Below the pieces are notes generated by a model, which had not been told where the DNA came from, did not search any database, and worked only from the letters and a program-made list of their open reading frames with translations. Below, piece after piece: positions 16,892 through 26,375 of a stretch of DNA of 32,000 bases (position 1 is the first letter of the stretch; each line of letters begins with the position of its first letter). Source of the stretch: Phycisphaera mikurensis NBRC 102666 (GTDB lineage: Bacteria > Planctomycetota > Phycisphaerae > Phycisphaerales > Phycisphaeraceae); assembly GCF_000284115.1 (NCBI RefSeq), contig NC_017080.1, positions 2,250,001 through 2,282,000 on the forward strand, read 5' to 3'. A program made the position numbers and the translations under genes.

Positions 16892-18145
16892 TCAGGCCGG
16901 TCGGGCGCGGGTCGCCCACGCCGCCCAGCCGCAGACGATCCAAGCGGTCAGGCAGTCGCTCGCGTAGGCGAGCTTGAAGCCGTCGCGGGTGCAGGCGGCG
17001 AGGGTGACCAGCCAGGCGGCGGCGAAGAGGCCGGCGGTCCACGGCTTCATCCCGGTGCCGCGGCGGGCGGCCAGGGCGACGGCGATGAACAGCGGGAGCG
17101 CCCAGGCCATGTCGAAGCCGCTGCGCCACAGCGGCAGCACGGTGCGGCCGAGCGCCAGAGCGGTGGCGTCGGTGTAGAGATTCCAGTTCTGCAGGAGCGA
17201 GAGGGCGAAGCAAGCGGCGGCGACCCAGGACCAGCGGCCCGCCGCCGCGTCGTCCCCGCACGCGGCGCGGAGGCAGAGGGCGCCGGCGATGAGGTACATC
17301 GCCATCGGCAGGCTGGAGGCGAAGTCGCCGCGGGCGGCGAGCTGCAGCTCCTTGAAGGGGATGGAGAGCATCCACGCGGCAAGCGCCGGCGCAGCGCAGG
17401 CCGCGGCGAGCAGCGCCAGCAGCGCGACGCCCCGCGCGGGGAGGACCAGGGCGTGGCGTCCGGCGGGGTCGCCGGCCGGAGTCCCCGCGCGCGAGCGGCG
17501 ACGCAGCCGCACGGCCGCGAGGAGCAGGAGGAAGAAGCCGACCAGCTCGGTGCCCTCCTCGACGAGCATCCGCAGGGGCAGCAGCGCGGGCGGCCACGCG
17601 ACCGCGTGCTCGAGGTGCTCCTGCACGAAGACGGTGCCGAAGAGCGCGTAGGCGGCGAGGACCAGGGCCCAGGCGTTGCCGAGAGCGCGTCGCCGGAGGA
17701 ACAGCACGGCGACGGCCGCGAGCGCGGGCACGGCGAGGACGGCCGCGAACCGCTCGAGCGAGAGCCCCAGCGACGCCGGGACGAGGAGGTCGAAGCGCTC
17801 GTGCAGGGACCCGGCCTCGTCGACGCACAGGCTGAAGGCGACGCCGGCCGTCACCGCCGCGGCGGCGGCGGCGAGGGGCTCGGCCCTCCGCAGGGCGGCG
17901 GCGGCGGAGCCCATGAGCAGGCCGGCCCACAGCAGCGAGCAGGCCGAGAACCAGGCCGCGATGTTGGATTCGCGGCCGAGGTCGAGCGGGCCGAGCGCGA
18001 GGCCCAACGCCTCGGGCCAGGTGCGGACGAGGTACGTGAGCCCGGCGAGGGCCGCGGCGGCGATGGCCCAGCCGAGCAGCCACCGCCGGGCGGCGGCCTC
18101 GGCTCGGGTGCGGGGGGCGGGTGCGGGGGTGGGGGCGCTGCTCAT
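16892..18145 (-). CDS. Polytopic integral membrane protein of unknown function
   Basis: ATG at 18145 (MSSAPTPAP...). About 417 aa with many hydrophobic segments (LLGWAIAAAALAGL, AAWFSACSLLWAGLLMG, WALVLAAYALFGTVFV, LVGFFLLLLAAV and others). I recognise no family. Confidence 0.6.
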   Translation of the reverse strand: MSSAPTPAPAPRTRAEAAARRWLLGWAIAAAALAGLTYLVRTWPEALGLALGPLDLGRESNIAAWFSACSLLWAGLLMGSAAAALRRAEPLAAAAAAVTAGVAFSLCVDEAGSLHERFDLLVPASLGLSLERFAAVLAVPALAAVAVLFLRRRALGNAWALVLAAYALFGTVFVQEHLEHAVAWPPALLPLRMLVEEGTELVGFFLLLLAAVRLRRRSRAGTPAGDPAGRHALVLPARGVALLALLAAACAAPALAAWMLSIPFKELQLAARGDFASSLPMAMYLIAGALCLRAACGDDAAAGRWSWVAAACFALSLLQNWNLYTDATALALGRTVLPLWRSGFDMAWALPLFIAVALAARRGTGMKPWTAGLFAAAWLVTLAACTRDGFKLAYASDCLTAWIVCGWAAWATRARPA

Positions 18146-18260
18146 CGTCGCTGAGGATCGGGCGGCCTCGGCCCCCGCCTGCACACGGGCCGCCGCGCGG
18201 CGCACGAGATTGTCAACAACCGGGTTGCCGATCCCGCCCGGCGGCGTCATCCTCCCCGCC

Positions 18261-20711
18261 ATGCCGCGCACCACCGAGACCCTCTCCGACTGGGCCTTCG
18301 CCCCCACCGACGACGCCGCCGCGGTGGAGCCGGGTTTCGACGCGGCGTCCTTCGCGCCGGTTCGGGTGCCGCACGACTGGTCGGTGGAGCACGGCTTCGA
18401 CGAGCGTCTCGAGGGCTGCACGGGCTACCTGCCCGGCGGCTTCGGCACCTACCGCCGAGCGTTTCCGACGCCGGAGGTGCCGGCGGGCGGCCGCGTGCGG
18501 CTGACCTTCGACGGCGTCTACAACCGCAGCGAGGTCTGGCTGAACGGGCGGCGGATCCACCAACACCCCTACGGCTACAGCCCCTTCACGCTGGATCTCA
18601 CCGACCAGCTGGCACCCGCGGACCAAGAGAATCTGATCGCCGTGCGGGTGGACCGAACGCGCTACGCGGACAGCCGCTGGTACACGGGCTCGGGGATCTA
18701 CCGCGCGGTGACGCTGGAGGTGGTGGAGGCGCTGCACGTGGCGCACGATGGGGTCTTCGTCACCACGCCGGAGGTCTCCGACGGCCACGCCTCGGCGACC
18801 GTCCGCACCGAGGTCGTCCACGCCGGGGCGGGGGAGGTCGGCTTCGTGCTGCACCAGCGGGTGCTCGGGCCGGACGGGGCGGAGGCGGCGAGCACGCGGG
18901 CGGGCTTCAACTCGGCCGACGCGGGCGTGCGGGCGGTGGAGCAGACGCTGGAGATCGCGGACCCGCAGCGCTGGTCGCCGGACGCGCCGACGCTCTACAC
19001 GCTCCAGACGCGGGTCGAGCGGGCGGGCGAGGTCGTCGACGAGGTGGAGACGCGGATCGGCTTCCGCACGCTGGAGCACGACGCGGCGCGGGGGTTCTTC
19101 CTCAACGGGCGGCCGACGCCGATCCGCGGCGTGTGCCTGCACCACGACGGCGGGTGCGTCGGGGCGGCGGTGCCCGACGCGGTCTGGGAGCGGCGGCTGC
19201 GCACGCTCAAGGACGGCGGCTGCAACGCCATCCGCACCGCCCACAACCCGCCTTCCGCGGCCTTCCTCGACCTGTGCGACCGCATCGGCTTCCTCGTCCA
19301 GGACGAGTTCTTCGACGAGTGGGAGTTCCCCAAGGACAAGCGGAAGAACTGCCGCGAGCAGTCGGTCGACGCGATCACCCGCGGCTACTGCGAGCACTTC
19401 CCGACCCACGCCGAGGCCGACCTGAAGGCGGTGATGCGGCGCGACCGCAACCACCCCTGCGTGTTCCAGTGGAGCATCGGCAACGAGATCGAGTGGACCT
19501 ACCCGGCCTACGTGGAGGCGACGGGCTTCTTCAACATGGACTGGCAGGGCAACTACTTCTGGAGCCTGCCCCCCAACGACCGGGCGACGATCCGGGCCAC
19601 GATCGAGGCGGCGGGCCCGGACCCCTGCGGCGAGACGGCGCAGCGGCTGGCCGGCTGGACGCGCGAGCTGGACACGACGCGGCCGGTCTTCGCGAACTGC
19701 ATCCTGCCCTCGGCGAGCCTGGAGACGGCCTACGGGGACGCGCTCGACGTGATGGGGTTCAGCTACCGCCGGGTGATGTACGACTACGCGGGCAGGCACC
19801 ACCCCGAGAAAGCGGTGATGGGCGGAGAAAACCTCGGCCACGCGCACGAGTGGCAGGCCGTGCAGGAGCGGGACCGCGTCGCGGGGCTCTTCCTGTGGAC
19901 CGGCATCGACTACATGGGCGAGAGCGACGGCCAGTGGCCGCGGAAGAGCACCGACAGCGGCCTGCTCGACGCCGCCGGCTTCGTCAAGCCCGCGTGGCAC
20001 CTGATGCGCACCCTGTGGCGGCCGGAGGTCCCGCACACGCACATCACCACGCAGACGCTGGACGACTCGCTCTACCGGGTGGACGCCGACGGCCGCGTGC
20101 TCGAACGGGAGCCGGGGCAGTGGGAGCGGCGGCTGTGGGGCTGGCACGGCGTGGAGGAGCACTGGAACTGGCGGAAGGGCGAGATCGTGATCGTCGAGGT
20201 GGCGAGCACGGCGGGCGAGCTCGACCTCGTGCTCAACGGCCGCAGCCTCGGCGCACGCCGGCGCGAAGACTTCCCCGATCGGCTCTTCAAGTGGGCGGTG
20301 CCCTGGGAGGCCGGCGAGCTGCGGGCGGTGGGCGGCGGGGCGGACGTGGGGATCCGCACCGCCGGCCCCCCCGCCACGCTGAAGCTCAGCCGCGGGCCGT
20401 CGGCGATGGCGGTGGCGGTGCGGTCACCCGACGCCCACCATGTGGAGGCCCGGCTGCACGACGCCGACGGCCGCCGCGTGCGGCACGCGGAGGCGGAGCT
20501 GACCTTCCGGCCCGACGGGCCGGGGAAGGTGCTGGGCGTGGACAACGGCTCGCCGCGGAGCGTGCAGCCGTACGCGAGCGACCGGCTGACGACCTCGCAG
20601 GGGCGGGCGCTGGCCATCGTCGGGGAGGCCGGCGGAGGCCGGCCGCTGCGGGTGACGGTGACCGGGCCGGGGCTGGCGGCGGCGACGCTGGAGCTCGACG
20701 CCGGCGCCTGA
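18261..20711 (+). CDS. GH2-family glycoside hydrolase (beta-galactosidase/beta-glucuronidase-like)
   Basis: ATG at 18261. Sugar-binding domain VRVPHDWSVEHGF...FDGVYNRSEVWLNGRRIHQHPYGYSPFTLDLT and RWYTGSGIYR. TIM barrel CNAIRTAHNPPSAAFLDLCDRIGFLVQDE and HPCVFQWSIGNEIEW. No signal peptide is evident. Confidence 0.85.
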   Translation: MPRTTETLSDWAFAPTDDAAAVEPGFDAASFAPVRVPHDWSVEHGFDERLEGCTGYLPGGFGTYRRAFPTPEVPAGGRVRLTFDGVYNRSEVWLNGRRIHQHPYGYSPFTLDLTDQLAPADQENLIAVRVDRTRYADSRWYTGSGIYRAVTLEVVEALHVAHDGVFVTTPEVSDGHASATVRTEVVHAGAGEVGFVLHQRVLGPDGAEAASTRAGFNSADAGVRAVEQTLEIADPQRWSPDAPTLYTLQTRVERAGEVVDEVETRIGFRTLEHDAARGFFLNGRPTPIRGVCLHHDGGCVGAAVPDAVWERRLRTLKDGGCNAIRTAHNPPSAAFLDLCDRIGFLVQDEFFDEWEFPKDKRKNCREQSVDAITRGYCEHFPTHAEADLKAVMRRDRNHPCVFQWSIGNEIEWTYPAYVEATGFFNMDWQGNYFWSLPPNDRATIRATIEAAGPDPCGETAQRLAGWTRELDTTRPVFANCILPSASLETAYGDALDVMGFSYRRVMYDYAGRHHPEKAVMGGENLGHAHEWQAVQERDRVAGLFLWTGIDYMGESDGQWPRKSTDSGLLDAAGFVKPAWHLMRTLWRPEVPHTHITTQTLDDSLYRVDADGRVLEREPGQWERRLWGWHGVEEHWNWRKGEIVIVEVASTAGELDLVLNGRSLGARRREDFPDRLFKWAVPWEAGELRAVGGGADVGIRTAGPPATLKLSRGPSAMAVAVRSPDAHHVEARLHDADGRRVRHAEAELTFRPDGPGKVLGVDNGSPRSVQPYASDRLTTSQGRALAIVGEAGGGRPLRVTVTGPGLAAATLELDAGA

Positions 20712-20727
20712 ACGGCCGCTGGAGAGC

Positions 20728-20747
20728 CGCCTCTCGGGCGAGAGGCG
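20728..20747 (+). terminator. Hairpin 17 nt after the GH2 stop codon
   Basis: CGCCTCTC-GGGC-GAGAGGCG is an 8-bp stem with a tetraloop, followed by ATCCTTCCC (a weak T-tract). Confidence 0.4.
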
Positions 20748-21046
20748 ATCCTTCCCGCTCACAGCTCCAGCGGGGTTCTGCAGCGGCCGTCACGGCCGGG
20801 CATGGCTCGCCAGCCCGGGCCTCCCCAAGGGTGCGTCTTTCGCGCCTTCCGTGGGTCCCCCGGAATGCGCTCGCGGGGTGCCACGCCCGCCCGGGGGCGG
20901 GGTCCGCCTCCGCGTGCGGTCCTGCCCCCTGGAGGGCCTCAACCGTCGACGCGTTCTCCAAAACGGCCGATGCCGGGGTGGCGAGCATCCGGATCGTCCG
21001 AAGCGATGTGTCGAGGTTCAAGCTCCCAAGCTCGTGGGACCCCGCC

Positions 21047-21086
21047 CCGCATCGGCTCGGACGCCCGGGTGGGTCCCGGGATGCGG
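21047..21086 (-). terminator. Stem-loop immediately downstream of the rpsA stop codon
   Basis: On the plus strand CCGCATC (21047-21053) pairs with GATGCGG (21080-21086), enclosing an inner CCCGGG/CCCGGG helix. No U-tract. Confidence 0.3.
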
Positions 21087-21087
21087 C

Positions 21088-23055
21088 TTACTTGTTGAAG
21101 TCGCTGAGCGAGAGGCCGCCGAGGCCCTGGCCCATGCCGCCGCCGCCGCCGAGGCCGCTCTTGAGGTTCCGCTTGTCCAGGCGGGGCTTGGCCTTCGGCT
21201 GGTTCTGCATCAGCTGCGCCTCCTCGGCTTCACGCGCCTCGCGCGGGCTGGGCTTGGTGCGGAGCGACAGGGCGATCTTCCGCTTCTCGGGCTCGACGCT
21301 CTTGACCTTGAACGTCTTCTCGTCGCCGACCTGGAGGACGTCGGTGACCTTGTCGACGCGGCGGTCGGCGAGCTCGGAGATGTGCACCAAGCCCTCGACG
21401 CCGGATTCGAGCGCCACGAAGGCGCCGAAGTCGGTGACGGTGGTGACCCGGCCCTTCACCGACTCGCCGGCGGAGACGCCCAGGCCGTTGCCGCCGCCCT
21501 CGCCGCCCTCGCCCGTCGCCCAGGGATCGCCCGCGGCGGCCTTGAGCGACAGCGTGAAGCGCTTCTTCTTCGTCTCGATCTTGAGGATCTGCACCTTGAC
21601 GGCGTCGCCTTTCTTCACGACGTCCTCCACCTTCTCGGTGCGGTTCCACGCGAGCTCGCTGATCGGCAGCAGGCCCTCCACGCCGGGCTCGATTTCGGCG
21701 AAGGCGCCGAAGGTGGTGGTCTTGACGACGCGGACGCTGATGTTCTCGCCCTCGGTGTAGCGATCGGCCAAACCCTCCCAGGGGTCGGGCGTGGTCTGCT
21801 TGATGCCGAGCGCGATCCGCGGGCGGTTGCGCTTCTTCTTGCCGCCCTTCTGCGGCGTCGCCGCCTTCACGCCGCCGCCCGCGGTGCCGCGGTCGGTGGC
21901 GGAGCCCTGCGCCTCGGGGGCGGGCTCGTTCGCGTCTTCGCCGTGGAGGTTCTCCAGCTTGAGCACCATCACGCTGACCTTCTGACCCACGGAAAGCACG
22001 TCGCCGGGCTTGTCGATGCGGTTGTGGGCGAGGTCGCTGACGTGCAGCAGGCCCTCGACCCCGCCGAGGTCGACGAAGGCCCCGAACGCCATGAGGTTGG
22101 TGACGGTGCCCTCGCGGGTCTGGCCGACCTCCAGCTCCTTGAGCAGCTTCTCGCGGCCGACCGCCCGCTGCCGGTCCTGCAGCTTGCGACGCGAGAGCAG
22201 CACCTTCTTGTGGCGTCGGTCGATCTCGGTGACCTCGGCCTCGACCTTCTGGCCGTGGAAGACCGACAGGTCCTCCACGCTGCCCACGTCGACCTGGCTG
22301 GCGGGCATGAAGGCCTTGATCGAGCCGGCCAGCTCGAGCTCCAGGCCGCCCTTGTTGCTGCCGGTGACGCGGGCCTCCACGGCGTTGCCCACCTCCAGCT
22401 CGTCCCACGTGCCGCGGCTGATCGCGCCCTCGCGGGAGAGGAAGACCAGGCCCTCGGCCTCGTCGGCGTGGTCGACGACGAAGTCCATGAGCGCGCCGAT
22501 CCGCGGCGGGTGCTCGAATTGCTGAGCCGGGACGATGCCCTGGAGCTTGGCCGGGCCTCCGGAACCGAGGTTCGCTCCGTCGCTCTGCAGGTCGACGAAG
22601 ACGTCCTCCCCGCGGAGCGCGGTGACGGTGCCGCGGCGGACCTGGCCGCGGGCGACCTTGCCGCCGGGCTTGGGGGCGGCGCGGTTCGCCGGGTTCTCCT
22701 CGCCGCCGGCGGACGCGTTCATCAGCGCGTCGGCGTCGACGCCGGCGAGGGCCTCGGCGAGCTCGTCGTCGACCGAACGCTCGGGCGCCGCGTCGGGGAT
22801 CGTCGACGCGGCGACCGCCTCGGCCTCCTGGTTCATCGCCCGCTCCATGGCGGCGTCGGCGTCGGCGTTCGGCTGCGCCGCGGATTCCGGCGTGCCGCCG
22901 GGCACCGGATCGGGCATCGACTCGACGTTGGCGGCGGTCTGCGGCTCCACCGCCGGGGGCGCTGCCGGCCGGGGCATCTCCGGCTGGGCCTCGGCGGGCG
23001 GGGTGTCGGGGGTGGGATCGACGGCGGACGGGTCGTTGGAGGCGGGCGCTTCCAT
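21088..23055 (-). CDS. rpsA: 30S ribosomal protein S1-like, five S1 domains with low-complexity extensions
   Basis: ATG at 23055. Repeated S1/OB signatures: GTVTNLMAFGAFVDLGGVEGLLHVSDLA, VRVVKTTTFGAFAEIEPGVEGLLPISELA, GRVTTVTDFGAFVALESGVEGLVHISELA, plus two more divergent N-terminal domains. Confidence 0.85.
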   Translation of the reverse strand: MEAPASNDPSAVDPTPDTPPAEAQPEMPRPAAPPAVEPQTAANVESMPDPVPGGTPESAAQPNADADAAMERAMNQEAEAVAASTIPDAAPERSVDDELAEALAGVDADALMNASAGGEENPANRAAPKPGGKVARGQVRRGTVTALRGEDVFVDLQSDGANLGSGGPAKLQGIVPAQQFEHPPRIGALMDFVVDHADEAEGLVFLSREGAISRGTWDELEVGNAVEARVTGSNKGGLELELAGSIKAFMPASQVDVGSVEDLSVFHGQKVEAEVTEIDRRHKKVLLSRRKLQDRQRAVGREKLLKELEVGQTREGTVTNLMAFGAFVDLGGVEGLLHVSDLAHNRIDKPGDVLSVGQKVSVMVLKLENLHGEDANEPAPEAQGSATDRGTAGGGVKAATPQKGGKKKRNRPRIALGIKQTTPDPWEGLADRYTEGENISVRVVKTTTFGAFAEIEPGVEGLLPISELAWNRTEKVEDVVKKGDAVKVQILKIETKKKRFTLSLKAAAGDPWATGEGGEGGGNGLGVSAGESVKGRVTTVTDFGAFVALESGVEGLVHISELADRRVDKVTDVLQVGDEKTFKVKSVEPEKRKIALSLRTKPSPREAREAEEAQLMQNQPKAKPRLDKRNLKSGLGGGGGMGQGLGGLSLSDFNK

Positions 23056-23162
23056 GGCTTGCACTTCGTTTCTGGGGATCGACAGCGGACACCGCGCCGG
23101 AGCCGGCCGCGGGGCGGAGAGGTTACACCGAGGCCGCCGCTCTCCGCGGCGTCCCGCGCGTT

Positions 23163-23777
23163 TCAACGCCGGCTCACGTGCGGGTTGCCGCGGGCGTAGA
23201 AGCGAAGCGGGGCCGCGGCCCACTCGCCGGCGTAGTCGACGCCGATCCGCGGACGGACGACGATTCTCGCGGAAGCGAGGCACCGTCCGCGGGTGCGCTC
23301 GACGAAGAGCCGCGGGCTGGTCAGCGTGTCGGTGCCGTCGTCGGCGAGCGAGATGCCCAGGGCCTGGCTGAGCTTGCCGGGACCCGAGCCCAGGTCCGTC
23401 TGCTGCTTCGCCTTCGCCCGCCGCGCGAACATCGTCGGCAGGCCCTCGGTCGGCTCGATCGCGCGGACGAGCACCGCCGTCGGCTCGCCGGCCGCGCCCG
23501 TCGACAGGTTCAGCAGCGCGTGGATCCCGTAGTTCAGGAAGACGTACGCCGTCCCCCCGGGCTCGAACATCGAGGCGTTCCGCTCGGTTCTGCGCCAGCC
23601 GAAGGTGTGCGCGGCCTTGTCCTCGACGCCGAGGTAAGCCTCGGTCTCGACGATGAGCCCGGCGAGGCGCTCGCCATCGGGTTGGACCACCACGAGCCGC
23701 TGGCCGAGCAGGCGGCGCGCGACGCTCACCGGGTCGGCTCGGTAGAAAGCCGCGTCCAGCCGCGGACCGTGGCTCAT
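23163..23777 (-). CDS. mpg: DNA-3-methyladenine glycosylase (AAG/Mpg family)
   Basis: ATG at 23777. FYRADPVSVARRLLGQRLV, IVETEAYLG..DKAAH, GTAYVFLNYGIHALLN, AVLVRAIEP and GPGKLSQALGI are typical of the Mpg/AAG family. The start overlaps the upstream stop as ATGA. Confidence 0.85.
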   Translation of the reverse strand: MSHGPRLDAAFYRADPVSVARRLLGQRLVVVQPDGERLAGLIVETEAYLGVEDKAAHTFGWRRTERNASMFEPGGTAYVFLNYGIHALLNLSTGAAGEPTAVLVRAIEPTEGLPTMFARRAKAKQQTDLGSGPGKLSQALGISLADDGTDTLTSPRLFVERTRGRCLASARIVVRPRIGVDYAGEWAAAPLRFYARGNPHVSRR

Positions 23778-24853
23778 GGCGCGTCCGCGGCCGGACGGTC
23801 CGCGGCGCGGGCATCCGCGGCGGCCCGCACCACCTCCACCAGCGCGCCCGGACCCTCGGCCACGACGTCGCACGCCGGCACCCCCAGCTCGCGCTCCAGC
23901 CGCTCACGCTCGGCCCGCAGCCGGTCCGGATCGTCCCGCCCGCGGCGGCCGTTGATGGCGACGCCGAGCAGCTCGCAGCCGGATTGCTCCCCCGCCGACG
24001 CTCGGACCACCGCGGCGAGGCGGACCGGATCGGGCACGGCGAGGCTCGGCCGGCCGTGCAGGTGCGGCCGGCCGGGCTCGCAGCAGAGGATCAGCCCGTG
24101 CGGCTGGCTGCCGGCGAGCAGGCCCCAGGTGACGGCGGAGTAGCTCGGGTGCAGCAGCGACGCCTGGCCCTCGACGACCGTCACCTGGTGGTGGGCGTGC
24201 CGCCGCACGAGCGCCTCGGCGGCGCCGTTGAGGAAGTCGCCGACCACCGCATCGATCGGCACGCCGCCGCCGCTGAGCATCATCCCGGTCTGGCCGGTCG
24301 CGGCGAAGGCGGCGTCGATCCCGGCCTCGATCAGCCCCCGCGTCAGCTCCCAGGCCGTCACCATCTTGCCCACCGAGCAGTCGTTGCCGATCGTGAGCAC
24401 CCGGAACGCCCCGCCGATCGGCCCGCCCGTGGCGACCGTCCGCTCGGCGAGCGCTTCGGCTCGCAGGTCCACCAGCTCCGCCTGGCTCCGGCTCGCCGCC
24501 GCCGCGACGTCGGCATCGGCCCCGAGCCGGTCGTGCATCCCGCTGACGATTCTCAGCCCGCGCGCCGCCGCGTCGAGCACCGCGGGCTTGAGCTCCGGCG
24601 GCAGCTTCCCGCCCGCGGTCGCGACGCCGAGGTAGACGGCGGTGGCGCCGAGCGTGGTGGCCTCCTCCACGGAGGCCACCACGGGCGGCGCGTTCAAGAC
24701 GGGCATCAACGCGGCGAGGTCCCGGCCGACGAAGCCGGGATCCACGACCGCGACGACCTCATCGCGCCGGTAGCGGATCAGCGCCACCGCGGTCTTGGCC
24801 GCGACGGGCTCGCCCGCCTTGCCGCCGGTGAGGATCGCGATGCGCTCGGCCAT
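23774..24853 (-). CDS. DUF1611-domain protein (DgcN-like/P-loop-like family)
   Basis: About 359 aa. The central TIGNDCSVGKMVTAWEL matches the GTDxxxGK signature I remember for DUF1611. ATG start, with a TAnnnT-like hexamer 6 nt upstream. Confidence 0.7.
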   Translation of the reverse strand: MAERIAILTGGKAGEPVAAKTAVALIRYRRDEVVAVVDPGFVGRDLAALMPVLNAPPVVASVEEATTLGATAVYLGVATAGGKLPPELKPAVLDAAARGLRIVSGMHDRLGADADVAAAASRSQAELVDLRAEALAERTVATGGPIGGAFRVLTIGNDCSVGKMVTAWELTRGLIEAGIDAAFAATGQTGMMLSGGGVPIDAVVGDFLNGAAEALVRRHAHHQVTVVEGQASLLHPSYSAVTWGLLAGSQPHGLILCCEPGRPHLHGRPSLAVPDPVRLAAVVRASAGEQSGCELLGVAINGRRGRDDPDRLRAERERLERELGVPACDVVAEGPGALVEVVRAAADARAADRPAADAP

Positions 24854-24900
24854 GGCCAGACCGTACGGCAGCGGTCGGACCGCCGAGACGCAGCTTGTAG

Positions 24901-26007
<1,107 letters not shown>

Positions 26008-26044
26008 GTCGGAGCGGTCCCGCCGGGTCGATGCGGTCAGCGGG

Positions 26045-26072
26045 GCCCGCGGCGCCGGCGGGAGCCGCGGGC
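26045..26072 (+). terminator. GC hairpin downstream of gap
   Basis: GCCCGCGGC (26045-26053) pairs with GCCGCGGGC (26064-26072) around a 10-nt loop. No U-tract. A competing or crossing 9-bp helix pairs 26018-26026 with 26055-26063. Confidence 0.35.
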
Positions 26073-26203
26073 GACCTCGGAATCTTGGGGCGTCCGATGC
26101 AGGGGCATCGGGCGGTTCGCCGCTGCGCGGAGGGTTCCGGCTTCGCAAAGGCCGTCCCCCGAGGTGGCGATGAGGCAGGATGGGGAATTGCATGACGTCG
26201 TGC

Positions 26204-26220
26204 CCCCTTTGCCAAAGGGG
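26204..26220. promoter_or_regulatory. Perfect 8-1-8 inverted repeat CCCCTTTG-C-CAAAGGGG (candidate operator)
   Basis: Read directly. It lies in the AT-richer intergenic region about 170 nt upstream of the PEP-CTERM gene start. Confidence 0.35.
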
Positions 26221-26261
26221 ATACTGCTAATTTTCTTGTCGGCAATCCGCTCCAGCCTCTT

Positions 26262-26297
26262 GGATGCGCGGGCTGGTCGGCTTAGGATGCGGCGGGC
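26262..26297 (+). repeat. Tandem direct repeat GGATGCG(C/GC)GGGC, two copies 23 nt apart
   Basis: Copies at 26262-26273 and 26285-26297. They lie about 100 nt upstream of the PEP-CTERM gene. Confidence 0.35.
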
Positions 26298-26338
26298 CCC
26301 GGCCCCCGAGCCTCGAATCATCTCGCTCGGTTGCTCAG

Positions 26339-26375
26339 CCGCCAGAAACGACTGGCGGATCTTCCGGTTCTTTTC
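26339..26375 (+). terminator. Intrinsic-terminator/attenuator-like hairpin plus T-rich tail just upstream of the PEP-CTERM gene RBS
   Basis: CCGCCAG-AAACGA-CTGGCGG (26339-26358) is followed by ATCTTCCGGTTCTTTTC, then AGGAG (26376-26380) and the ATG at 26388. Confidence 0.4.

Noticed and set aside
14168-18154. Giant ORFs of 1328 aa (+, 14168-18154) and 1199 aa (-, 14484-18083) overlapping uvrB and the membrane-protein gene
   Set aside because: Their translations are Arg/Gly/Pro/Ala low-complexity strings typical of off-frame reading of GC-rich DNA where stop codons are rare. The uvrB frame carries unmistakable conserved motifs. The same reasoning rejects 125-2347 (+), 1585-3738 (-), 3689-5377 (+), 4897-6324 (-), 6292-8712 (+), 9993-11630 (-), 19133-21760 (+), 20851-23199 (+), 21230-23092 (-) and similar ORFs.
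18211-18216. A perfect TTGACA -35 hexamer on the minus strand upstream of the membrane-protein gene
   Set aside because: No TAnnnT-like -10 element follows at 16-19 nt spacing. A single hexamer match is expected by chance.
20712-21087. RNase P RNA, tmRNA, SRP RNA or a tRNA in the long convergent spacer
   Set aside because: I could not find the conserved GAGGAAAGUCC and ACAGAAxCCGGCUUA boxes of RNase P, a tRNA-like acceptor/T-arm (the GAGGTTCAAGCTCCC stretch lacks a complementary stem), or the SRP GGAAGGAAGCAGCC-type motif on either strand.
26204-26240. A sigma-54 promoter (TGGCAC-N5-TTGC) upstream of the PEP-CTERM gene, near GGGGATACTGCTAA
   Set aside because: The GG and GC dinucleotides are 3 nt too close together for the fixed -24/-12 spacing.
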